Source: an uncultured Chlamydiae bacterium
Lineage (GTDB): Bacteria > Chlamydiota > Chlamydiia > Chlamydiales > CACLRR01
DNA: 64,000 nt
Direction: 5' to 3'
Assembly: GCA_902609415.1 (NCBI GenBank)
Contig: CACLRR010000004.1
Coordinates: 20,643-84,642, forward strand
Shown here: positions 8,552 to 17,510 of the stretch, in pieces
Numbering within the stretch: position 1 is the stretch's first letter
Layout of the letters: each line of letters begins with the position of its first letter
Translations under genes and position numbers: made by a program
Notes under the pieces: generated by a model
Database searches by the model: none
Told to the model about the DNA's origin: nothing
The model's input: the letters and a program-made list of their open reading frames with translations, nothing else

Positions 8552-9965
8552 TCACATGACCATCTTTCTCAATCTTAAACTTTGAATTTTCTATAGACTT
8601 TGGATTTTCCTTAGCAATTTTAGCAATAGGATTAAAATTAAGTTGAACTTCACTAGAAGTGATCCCTTTCTGAATATTTTCCCGATGCTCTTTAAACACC
8701 ATAGCAACAAAAGGAATACCAATAGAAATACACTGTTTTAATCTGTCTTGAGGAAGCAAACCAAGATCCTTATTATTTAATAGGTTCACTAAAAAAGCCG
8801 GAACATATGTTGGCGTCTTGTAAAAAGAATCTTGATGTAGGGGATCAATCAGTCCAACAACCAAGAGTAAAATTCCTGGGTCTAATTTTAACAAAGACTC
8901 TCTAATAATAACACCTTCCTCAGGAGTATAAAGCCTTAGCATGCCAGCAATACGAGCTACTACCAAATTTAGGGGTGAGCTAGCATCAATATTTAACCAC
9001 GATGCCCTAGTATCTAGATATGACTGATAGGCATTCCTGGCTCCCGTTCTATGAAATGTATAACAAGCATCCTTCACGGCCTCTAGGGTCCTATAGGTAT
9101 TATGGTTAAAAACTATAGATGAGTTGAAATCCACATGACCAAGAGCTCCTGCAACATCACACATATGAACAAAAAAGCCAATTTCAAAAGCATCTGGGTC
9201 TATCTCTAGGATCTTAGTCGAACTAAGTGAATTAAATACCTCTAAACCACCTTCTATATGGCTGATCCATCCAAAGTGTGGTAAAGTAAATATTTTTTTT
9301 AATAGTCGTGTTTCCTCAAAGGTTAGATCACCATAAGAGGGTAAGATCTCAGGATGGCTTACAAGCACCTTTTCTATAAAGGCGTCATGATCCGCAATGT
9401 TAATATTATAAACCCACGCCTTATCTCGTGCAGTTTGTGTCTTTCCCATATCGCCAAAAATAAGCGCATATTGAATAACCTTCCGGATACTCTTTTCACT
9501 AAATCCAGGATAATTCTTTATAGCGCTATCAATAGAACAGTGGATTTTTCTAAAATCATCCCATCTTAATTTCGAAGCTTCACCCTGATTAGATATAAGT
9601 GAAAGATAATCTTCATATTCCCCCTGCAGGAAAAAACGCATACATTTTAGTGTCATCATTGTGCGATCAAACTCTACATAACGAGACTTAAAAAGAGCAA
9701 GAGAAGGACTCGCAGGATTTGACCCACCATTCTCCTCGGTCTTCTCTACAGTATCGTTAGTAAGCCATAAAAGCTCACCATAATCCTTCAGAGCATCCTT
9801 TATCCACTGAAATCCCTCTACCTCAGCCAAAGTCTGCTTTTTCTCCTTAGTCTCTACCTTACCAGATTCAGCAGACCCCCAGGAAAAATGAAATAAGCCC
9901 CACAAAAGTCCTGAAGCCAAAAGAAATGTCGGAATTTTATAAAAATTTCTCAACAAGCCAAACAC
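8541..9965 (-). CDS. hypothetical exported protein
   Basis: 474-aa ORF with a GTG start. N-terminal signal-like segment (IPTFLLASGLLWGLFHFSWGSAES). No recognisable domain. Confidence 0.55.
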   Translation of the reverse strand: MFGLLRNFYKIPTFLLASGLLWGLFHFSWGSAESGKVETKEKKQTLAEVEGFQWIKDALKDYGELLWLTNDTVEKTEENGGSNPASPSLALFKSRYVEFDRTMMTLKCMRFFLQGEYEDYLSLISNQGEASKLRWDDFRKIHCSIDSAIKNYPGFSEKSIRKVIQYALIFGDMGKTQTARDKAWVYNINIADHDAFIEKVLVSHPEILPSYGDLTFEETRLLKKIFTLPHFGWISHIEGGLEVFNSLSSTKILEIDPDAFEIGFFVHMCDVAGALGHVDFNSSIVFNHNTYRTLEAVKDACYTFHRTGARNAYQSYLDTRASWLNIDASSPLNLVVARIAGMLRLYTPEEGVIIRESLLKLDPGILLLVVGLIDPLHQDSFYKTPTYVPAFLVNLLNNKDLGLLPQDRLKQCISIGIPFVAMVFKEHRENIQKGITSSEVQLNFNPIAKIAKENPKSIENSKFKIEKDGHVTIF

Positions 9966-10083
9966 CCTAAATTCTTTCTATTATAGTAATCAGCCTAGTT
10001 TAGGTCAATTCCACCTTTTATTGATCTAACACCACAATACTTTTATTCATAATATGTTATAATTAATTTTAATCTTTAAAACA

Positions 10084-10112
10084 TGTACAGATATCCATTA
10101 ATTTGTTATAAT
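10084..10112 (+). promoter_or_regulatory. candidate sigma-70-type promoter (TGTACA, 17 nt spacer, TGtTATAAT)
   Basis: Extended -10 TGTTATAAT at 10104-10112, 40 nt upstream of the ATG at 10153. Confidence 0.4.
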
Positions 10113-10152
10113 TATTGGATAATTAACTAGATTTACAACAAGGAGTAAAGTT

Positions 10153-10623
10153 ATGACAGAAGCAACAGCAGTACAACAAGGTGTTTCAACAAATCCACCA
10201 GTAGTAACAACCGCTGATACAGGGACAACATCAGGAAGATTTAACGTATTCACAGGAAAAAATCCCACAGCTGAGATGGGTTACCTTAGTGCTGGTTTCG
10301 AGAATTTTGCAAAGAGACCTACTAAAGCATTGATTAACCTCGTTGCAGCTGTAGTAAGTCTAGTATCAACAATTATAACAGGAGCTATCACTGTTGGAGG
10401 AAGATATAATACTCTTTGTGCTAGAAATTTATTTAACGCTTCAAAAGCAGCTCTATCTACTACTGCACTAGCGTTTTTATCTAACTCTAGAATAGATGAT
10501 ATAGCTAATGGTGTAATGAACTTCTGTAGAAGAAGTGCTCCTACTACTACTGAGAGACCTAATCCTACAGGTGATCAGAGTGGTGTACTTCCAGGAGACA
10601 CATTCGAAACAGAAGACGCCTAA
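10153..10623 (+). CDS. hypothetical protein (orphan with central hydrophobic segment)
   Basis: 156 aa. AAGGAG SD 7 nt upstream. Followed by hairpin terminator. Hydrophobic stretch ALINLVAAVVSLVSTIITGAITVGG. Confidence 0.6.
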   Translation: MTEATAVQQGVSTNPPVVTTADTGTTSGRFNVFTGKNPTAEMGYLSAGFENFAKRPTKALINLVAAVVSLVSTIITGAITVGGRYNTLCARNLFNASKAALSTTALAFLSNSRIDDIANGVMNFCRRSAPTTTERPNPTGDQSGVLPGDTFETEDA

Positions 10624-10660
10624 AAGAACATATAAATATAATTATTATCTTATTATTAAA

Positions 10661-10691
10661 TCTCCACACCTCAGGGTATGGAGATTTTTTT
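10661..10691 (+). terminator. rho-independent terminator (family copy 1)
   Basis: TCTCCACACC-TCAG-GGTATGGAGA followed by T7. Confidence 0.7.
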
Positions 10692-10810
10692 ATTAATTTT
10701 TATTTTAATTTATACTCTTCCTGACACTTATTTTTATAATTTTTACACCTATTCAACCTAATATCAAGGTATTATGAAAAATATACTATAATTTATACTA
10801 TAATTTTTGT

Positions 10811-10838
10811 TTACACTTTAATAAATTTTTGTTATAAT
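10811..10838 (+). promoter_or_regulatory. candidate promoter (TTACAC, 16 nt spacer, TGtTATAAT)
   Basis: -35 at 10811-10816, extended -10 at 10830-10838. ATG at 10881 is preceded by AAGGAG. Confidence 0.5.
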
Positions 10839-10880
10839 CGTTTCATAATTAACAAAAAAAACTAAACTAAGGAGTTTATT

Positions 10881-11240
10881 ATGGCATCATCTATATCAGC
10901 TACATCACCTATGTCTTTCACAGATAGATTATCCACTGTGCTCAGTGAGGCTAACGAAATGACAACAATCAGCAATATTAAAGATTTTGGTTCGAATGGT
11001 CTTGAGCTATTAAAAAGAATTGGAAAAACGGCTATAAGTATCCTTGCAATGATCTTCTCGGGAATACCCGCATCCGTTGGACAAGAAGATTGTAAAGAGG
11101 TCTTCACGAAAGCATTCACATGCTTTAAATCCAATTCTGGTGCTGATTATCTTATGGAGACTGGTCAATCTATAAAAAACTTCGCTGTTACAAAATATAA
11201 CGAATATAAAGCAGTAGAGTCAAGTTCTCATGAAGCCTAA
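10881..11240 (+). CDS. hypothetical protein (orphan)
   Basis: 119 aa with AAGGAG SD, flanked by a promoter-like element and a hairpin terminator. The antisense ORF 10862..11134 is rejected. Confidence 0.6.
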   Translation: MASSISATSPMSFTDRLSTVLSEANEMTTISNIKDFGSNGLELLKRIGKTAISILAMIFSGIPASVGQEDCKEVFTKAFTCFKSNSGADYLMETGQSIKNFAVTKYNEYKAVESSSHEA

Positions 11241-11273
11241 TTTTTGTTATTGAGTAGTCTATTATTTTAATTA

Positions 11274-11307
11274 GCCTCCATACCTCTGGGTGTGGAGGCT
11301 TTTTTTT
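11274..11307 (+). terminator. rho-independent terminator (family copy 2)
   Basis: GCCTCCATACC-TCTG-GGTGTGGAGGC followed by T8. Confidence 0.75.
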
Positions 11308-11654
11308 ATAGAAAAATGAGTTGTTTATGCAATACCCCAACACTGATGACGACAATCACGGATGTGTCCCTACAGTTCTAAAACATGCATTTTCCAGCGC
11401 AGGGCGGCACCTCTCTTACTTCCTCTGTCACCCCTCCATTCTTGAAAATCCTCAATTGATACACGCTCATATTAAAGTGTTTATTTTAATTAAAATATAA
11501 TAGCTATTACTTCTCTACATTCATCATAACCCGCAAATATAAGTCACCTGTGATTGCTGGAATAAATAGGAAACTGGAAGAGAACCACCCATTCAAATAT
11601 TTTTCTGGTGATCAAGCTTTATAGAACCTAATTAGAGCATCATTAGTTGAGAAA

Positions 11655-11688
11655 GTCTTCACACCTCTAGGTGTGAAGACTTTTTTTT
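11655..11688 (+). terminator. rho-independent terminator (family copy 3), not preceded by an intact ORF
   Basis: GTCTTCACACC-TCTA-GGTGTGAAGAC (perfect 11-bp stem) followed by T8. Confidence 0.7.
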
Positions 11689-11762
11689 ATGGGAAAGACG
11701 AGTTGTTTCGAACCTAACTGTTTGCTATACTCAAAAAATAGGCAATCTACCTCTTAAGGCGC

Positions 11763-12995
11763 ATGTTTTCGAAAGGTCACCATCCAGTCATTCAAAAAAC
11801 TTCTAAGACCATCTTTTGGTCAAGTATCCTACATGAACCAATAGCATGCTTTATCCCCCTTTTACCCTTTATTTTACTAAAAGATCTCCACGCTACAACC
11901 CTCCAAATTGTTCTACTTACCATGCTAAGCCCTATCTCCGCACTCTTTTCAATCTATTGGAGCTCACGAATATCAACACTTGGTGAGGGATTAAAAAAAA
12001 ACTTCTTAGGAGCTAGCATCCTTGCTAGGGCCCCCCTTCTCCTTTCCCTAATTTTTCCAAATGTATGGCTCATAATTCTATCTAGTGCCTGCTATAACCT
12101 CTTTTCTAGGGCCTCCATACCCAGCTGGATGGAAATGCTAAAACTTAATCTTCCCAACAAAATTCGTGAAAAGTTCTTCTCCATCGGCTCTGCTATCGGT
12201 TATGGTGAAGGGATCTGCTTAGCGATTCTTATGGGATCCCTTCTAGACCATTCCCTATGGGTATGGCGTCCTATCCTTGCCCTTGCCCTTATAATTAGCC
12301 TTATTGGCTCATTAGTTCAGTTTTATATGCCTCTTAGGGAGGGTAAATCAATTTGTGCCAAAAAAGAAAAATACTCTATTCTTACGCCCTGGAAAGAATC
12401 TTTCTCTCTACTTAAAAAACGTAAGGATTTCTTACGCTTTCAATGGGCTTTTATGGCTGGTGGCTTTGGGCTTATGATGTTTAAGCCCTTACTTCCTCAG
12501 TTTTTTGATCAAATTCTTATGATCTCCTATAGAGATTTAATGATCGCATTTTCTGTCTGTAAGGGACTGGGATTCATCCTTACTTCACAAAAATGGAGCC
12601 AGATGATGCAAAAAACTAGCCTTTCTTTACTTACAAGCTTTGTACTACTGGGATTTGCTCTCTTTTCATTATTTCTTCTAGCTGCTAAAATTCATTTAAA
12701 CTATATCTTTATTGCCTATGTCGTCTACGGTATTGCACAGGCAGGAAGCCATCTTATATGGCACCTCTCAGGCCCCTTCTTCGCAGGTGATAGAGAAAAT
12801 AGCTCTAGCTATAGTAATGTCAATATCGTCCTTGTAGGTGTTCGAGGGCTCCTTGGCCCCCTACTTGGTGGAATACTAGGCACTCTCCTTGGTATAGAGA
12901 TACTCCTAACCATCTCAATTTTTCTCTATTTTATAGGGATTGCCTCTTTAAATGTTTCAGTACCAACAACCCTAAAAACACCTATCTCCCAATAG
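11763..12995 (+). CDS. multi-pass membrane transporter, MFS-like
   Basis: 410 aa, about 12 TM in two halves separated by a basic loop (KKEKYSILTPWKESFSLLKKRKD). No crisp MFS motif seen. Confidence 0.45.
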   Translation: MFSKGHHPVIQKTSKTIFWSSILHEPIACFIPLLPFILLKDLHATTLQIVLLTMLSPISALFSIYWSSRISTLGEGLKKNFLGASILARAPLLLSLIFPNVWLIILSSACYNLFSRASIPSWMEMLKLNLPNKIREKFFSIGSAIGYGEGICLAILMGSLLDHSLWVWRPILALALIISLIGSLVQFYMPLREGKSICAKKEKYSILTPWKESFSLLKKRKDFLRFQWAFMAGGFGLMMFKPLLPQFFDQILMISYRDLMIAFSVCKGLGFILTSQKWSQMMQKTSLSLLTSFVLLGFALFSLFLLAAKIHLNYIFIAYVVYGIAQAGSHLIWHLSGPFFAGDRENSSSYSNVNIVLVGVRGLLGPLLGGILGTLLGIEILLTISIFLYFIGIASLNVSVPTTLKTPISQ

Positions 12996-13082
12996 CGAAT
13001 ACCCCTTTCCTTTTTTTTCTAAGATCCATATATAAAATAAATATACAATATAGAAGAAACAATAATAGCCATATAACTTATT

Positions 13083-13955
13083 GTGTATAATAATATTATG
13101 GAAAATTGGAAAAAAGAATTTATTCAATGGCATCAAGAGAATCCATCACATGATGATGCAGCTCATGATATCTATCACTTTGAGCGTGTCTTCCTCTGGT
13201 CAATAAAGATTGCAAATAAGCTAAGAGATGATGTGGACCCTCTGATACTCCTAGCCGCTTCTTACTTCCACGACCTTGTAAATGTTCCTAAAGATCACCA
13301 TGAAAGGCACCTTGCCTCAAGTCTCTCTGCTGTTATGGCAGAAAAAATCCTCCTTCAAATGGGGTTTCCAAAAAAGAAAATATCAAAAGTAAAACACGCT
13401 ATCAAAGCTCACAGCTTCAGTGCAAAAATTTACCCAAAAACCATAGAAGCTAAAATTATTCAAGATGCCGATAGGCTCGATGCTATCGGACCTATTGGGA
13501 TTTTACGCACACTATACATCTCAGGAAGACTAAACAGAAGCCTCTTTGATAGAAATGATCCCTTTGCTACCATGCGTAGACTTAATGATAGAGAATATAG
13601 CCTAGACCATTTCAATAGTAAAAAGACAAGCTACAGTCAAACACTTAAAACGTGGCCTGCTATGAAATTTGCTCAAGAATCCTCTTCAACCCTTCACCTC
13701 TTCCTTGAGAAAATCCAACCAGAAATTGTAGATAATCAACATGGCCACATTCTCTCACTCTGTAAGCACTTTTTCCTTGCAGGAAAAAACAGTAAACTTC
13801 TCTTTCACCCTAATGATCCCTTTAGCACTCAAAGAAAAGTTGAAACTTCAAAATATACACTCGATCACCTTCTAGAAAACAAACACTACTCATGGTTTAT
13901 TAATGCCATCAAGAAGGAATGGGATTTTGTAGGCCTTTCCTCAAAAAAGTTCTGA
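13083..13955 (+). CDS. HD-domain phosphohydrolase
   Basis: H...HD...D signature (HDIYHFERV, YFHDLV, DADRLDAIG). Start is ambiguous: GTG 13083 or ATG 13098. Confidence 0.7.
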   Translation: MYNNIMENWKKEFIQWHQENPSHDDAAHDIYHFERVFLWSIKIANKLRDDVDPLILLAASYFHDLVNVPKDHHERHLASSLSAVMAEKILLQMGFPKKKISKVKHAIKAHSFSAKIYPKTIEAKIIQDADRLDAIGPIGILRTLYISGRLNRSLFDRNDPFATMRRLNDREYSLDHFNSKKTSYSQTLKTWPAMKFAQESSSTLHLFLEKIQPEIVDNQHGHILSLCKHFFLAGKNSKLLFHPNDPFSTQRKVETSKYTLDHLLENKHYSWFINAIKKEWDFVGLSSKKF

Positions 13956-14768
13956 CTCTTTCAGTTTAGATAAATAAAGCGCATAAGTTAAAAATGAATC
14001 CTTAACCTCCACTTTTGTCTTTTTTCCCTTAATATCTAATTGGATATACCCCTTCTTAATTGCGTCATCAAGCTCTTTTACTGTGAAGACCCTAACACCA
14101 AGGATTGCTTCGGTATCATCTTGTTGCATATGATCCTTCTTATCAATAATCGCAGCGTAAACAGGCATCCTTGCAGATAACACTCCAGAATCAGGTGTCA
14201 TCTCACCAAGCTTTTTCCACTTAGATGCAATAATTCCTGTTTCACTCTTTAGCTCACGACTAAGTGTCTCCTCTATACTCTCATCCCCTTCACGTCCCCC
14301 TCGAGGGACCTCTAGTGACCAGCTGCGTAATGCATGGCGATAGGTAAGAATCAGAGCTACGCGTCCATCTGGATACATCGGTAAAATAGAGATACCAGAC
14401 CACCGACTATTGAGCTCCTCTTTAAATAAAATTCTATTGTAGGTACCCTCTGCTCCCGTCGGAAAGACCACTGCATCTCTGATCCATATCCAATAATTGT
14501 CTTCATGTATTACCCCTACTCGCGATGAAGAGAGAGCCTCCTCTTTACTCATCCCCTCCTTAATAAAACGCATGTTCTGCATCTCTTGGATCTCAGATAT
14601 CCTCTTTTTATCCTTGACCACCTCAATTTCACACCTTTTATAGTCCCCACTTTCACCCAAAAACTCTTGATGCTTAGTACAATATTGTAGATAACCATCC
14701 ACAAGATCCCTCTGTACTAGACCACAAATCCATAAAGGAAAGATCAATAAAACCGACAGATAACGCAT
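13941..14768 (-). CDS. NUDIX hydrolase with N-terminal signal/anchor
   Basis: Nudix box GGREGDESIEETLSRELKSETGI. Hydrophobic N-terminus MRYLSVLLIFPLWICGL. Confidence 0.75.
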   Translation of the reverse strand: MRYLSVLLIFPLWICGLVQRDLVDGYLQYCTKHQEFLGESGDYKRCEIEVVKDKKRISEIQEMQNMRFIKEGMSKEEALSSSRVGVIHEDNYWIWIRDAVVFPTGAEGTYNRILFKEELNSRWSGISILPMYPDGRVALILTYRHALRSWSLEVPRGGREGDESIEETLSRELKSETGIIASKWKKLGEMTPDSGVLSARMPVYAAIIDKKDHMQQDDTEAILGVRVFTVKELDDAIKKGYIQLDIKGKKTKVEVKDSFLTYALYLSKLKESELF

Positions 14769-14852
14769 TTGCTCTCCTAGAAAATAGTAACACTATAAAC
14801 CATGACATATATTTAGGCATTATATAAGGTGAAATCAACAGGAGATAATTTA

Positions 14853-17510
14853 ATGGAAGATGCAAGCAAAAAGTCACTTATAATCGATAATCATACCTAT
14901 GATTACTATGATATTACATCTAAATCTTTGAACTTAGACATCAAAAACCTCCCTAACTCAATAAAAGTTCTTTTAGAAAATCAACTAAGATCTGGTAGGT
15001 CTATCGAACCATTTAGAGACTACTGTAAGAACATAAATAAAAAAAAAGAAATTCTATTGTCACCCGCTAGGGTTTTGATGCAAGACTTTACAGGTGTTCC
15101 TGCTGTTGTTGATTTTGCAGCAATGCGTGATGCTGTAAAAAAACTTGGTGGTAACCCCAGTTCAATTAACCCCCTTATTCCTATCGATCTTGTCATTGAT
15201 CATTCTGTTCAAGTAGATAAGTATGGCACCCCCTCCTCAATATCTCAAAATGAATTACTCGAGTACAAAAGAAATCATGAGCGATATAAATTCCTAAAAT
15301 GGGCACAAAAGAATTTCAATAATTTTAACGTCGTTCCTCCAGGAACGGGCATCTGTCATCAAGTCAATCTAGAATACCTCGCTCAAGTTGTCTATTATAA
15401 CAAAAAAGATAATCTCCTCTACCCTGATACTGTTGTTGGAACCGATAGCCATACCACAATGATCAATGGACTTGGAGTCCTTGGCTGGGGTGTCGGTGGC
15501 ATTGAAGCCGAAGCTGCCGTCCTAGGCATACCTATTAGTCTTCAACTTCCAGAGGTGATAGGTTTTAAACTCTCAGGGTCACTACCTGAAGATGTCTATG
15601 CAACAGACCTTGTTCTTACCATTGCTGAAATCTTAAGGCACGAGGGAGTCGTGGGTAAATTTGTTGAATTTTATGGGGAAGGTGTAGAACAACTCTCCCT
15701 TGCAGATAGGGCTACAATTTCTAATATGACCCCTGAGTTTGGTGCTACAACCTCATACTTCTCTGTCGACTCCCAAACAATTGATTATCTGCGCCTTTCT
15801 GGAAGAACAGAAAAGCAAATTAAAATAGTTGAGGAATATACAAAACAACAGACACTCTGGAGATTCAACGCTAATGCACAGTTTACAAAAACGCTCTCTC
15901 TAAATCTCTCTGATGTCAAGCTATCAGCTGCAGGGGGGTGTCGTCCACATGATAAATCAACACTATCACAAGTTAAATCTAACTTTATTCAACAATTGGA
16001 AAAATCAAGTAAAGTTTGCCCTACCCACGCTACTGAGCAAAATATTGAGGAAATGTCTTCACATCAACATATTGAAACACGCTCTCACACAAAAGAAAAG
16101 ACAGTCATCAAAACTGGAGATATCGTGATTGCTGCAATCACTTCCTGCACAAATACATCTAACCCCGCAGTGATGATTGCAGCAGGCCTTCTTGCAAAAA
16201 ATGCGGTAGAAAAAGGACTCAAGACACAACCCCAAGTTAAAACCTCACTAGCTCCAGGATCAAAAGTTGTCACAGAGTACCTAAATGAGCTTGAACTCCA
16301 AGAGTACTTAGATAAACTTGGTTTTAACACCGTTGGCTACGGATGCACCACGTGTATTGGTAACTCAGGACCCCTTCATGAGGAATACATTGATCAGATT
16401 GAAAAGAATAATCTCACTGTTTGCTCTGTTCTTTCTGGTAACAGAAACTTTGAAGGCCGCATTAACTCTCACGTTAAATCCTCCTGGCTTGCCTCACCGC
16501 CTCTTGTTGTTGCCTATGCACTTACAGGAACTATTCTCTGTGATTTTGAAAAGCCCCTTGGATATGACAATGATAATCAGCCGATATATCTACAGGATAT
16601 CTGGCCAGCAAAGAAGGAAGTTAATGATGCTATTACCAAGATAAAGTCTAAAATGTTTAAAAACCAATACGCGACAATATTCGAGGGTAACAAGCTCTGG
16701 AAAGAGATGGAGACATCTGCATCTGCACTTTATAATTGGCAAAATGATTCTTCCTACATTCAACCCCCACCATTCTTTGACACCATGACAAAAACTCGTC
16801 CTCCACTAAAGAAAATTGTCGATGCTCACATCTTGGCAATCTTTGGAGACTCTATCACAACAGACCACATCTCCCCTGCAGGTTCGATTCATAAAGACTC
16901 ACCAGCAGCAAAATATCTACAAAACAACAATATCCACACTCAGGACTTTAACTCCTATGGTTCTCGAAGAGGAAATTACCGTGTAATGGAAAGGGGCACC
17001 TTTGCAAATATTCGCCTTAGAAATTTAATGCTTCCAGATGTTGTAGGTCCATATACCACTCATGTTCCTTCTGGCAAGCAACTTAGCATCTATGATGCTG
17101 CACAACTTTATAAAGAAAAAGAAACACCCTTAATAATCATTGCAGGAAAAGAATATGGCTCCGGATCATCTAGAGACTGGGCAGCCAAAGGGACTCTTCT
17201 TTTAGGTGTAATGGCAGTAATTGCAGAATCATTTGAAAGAATTCACAGATCTAATCTTATCGGTATGGGTGTCCTTCCACTCTCCTTTATGAACAAAGAA
17301 AACTACAAATCCCTTAATATCAAGGGTGATGAAAAACTCTCCCTTGATCCTCTGGATGCAATTACACCAAAAGGAACTATAGCCCTTTATAGCAATGATA
17401 ATAAAATTAGAGATCTTAGGATAGAAATCCATACCTCAGCAGAAATGGAATACTACCAATCTGGAGGTATCCTACAATACACTATTCTTCAGCAGATGAA
17501 GCAGAACTAA
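14853..17510 (+). CDS. acnA: aconitate hydratase A
   Basis: About 885 aa with aconitase/IRP signatures (VLMQDFTGVPAVVD, GTDSHTTM, Fe-S cysteines in SCTNTSNP and GCTTCIGNSGP). ATG 14853 with AGGAGA SD is preferred over the upstream GTG 14829. Confidence 0.92.
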   Translation: MEDASKKSLIIDNHTYDYYDITSKSLNLDIKNLPNSIKVLLENQLRSGRSIEPFRDYCKNINKKKEILLSPARVLMQDFTGVPAVVDFAAMRDAVKKLGGNPSSINPLIPIDLVIDHSVQVDKYGTPSSISQNELLEYKRNHERYKFLKWAQKNFNNFNVVPPGTGICHQVNLEYLAQVVYYNKKDNLLYPDTVVGTDSHTTMINGLGVLGWGVGGIEAEAAVLGIPISLQLPEVIGFKLSGSLPEDVYATDLVLTIAEILRHEGVVGKFVEFYGEGVEQLSLADRATISNMTPEFGATTSYFSVDSQTIDYLRLSGRTEKQIKIVEEYTKQQTLWRFNANAQFTKTLSLNLSDVKLSAAGGCRPHDKSTLSQVKSNFIQQLEKSSKVCPTHATEQNIEEMSSHQHIETRSHTKEKTVIKTGDIVIAAITSCTNTSNPAVMIAAGLLAKNAVEKGLKTQPQVKTSLAPGSKVVTEYLNELELQEYLDKLGFNTVGYGCTTCIGNSGPLHEEYIDQIEKNNLTVCSVLSGNRNFEGRINSHVKSSWLASPPLVVAYALTGTILCDFEKPLGYDNDNQPIYLQDIWPAKKEVNDAITKIKSKMFKNQYATIFEGNKLWKEMETSASALYNWQNDSSYIQPPPFFDTMTKTRPPLKKIVDAHILAIFGDSITTDHISPAGSIHKDSPAAKYLQNNNIHTQDFNSYGSRRGNYRVMERGTFANIRLRNLMLPDVVGPYTTHVPSGKQLSIYDAAQLYKEKETPLIIIAGKEYGSGSSRDWAAKGTLLLGVMAVIAESFERIHRSNLIGMGVLPLSFMNKENYKSLNIKGDEKLSLDPLDAITPKGTIALYSNDNKIRDLRIEIHTSAEMEYYQSGGILQYTILQQMKQN

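Noticed and set aside
11526-11537. The 12-mer ATAACCCGCAAA is shared with 19218-19229.
   Set aside because: A single 12-bp match is expected many times by chance in 64 kb of AT-biased DNA, and the flanks do not align.
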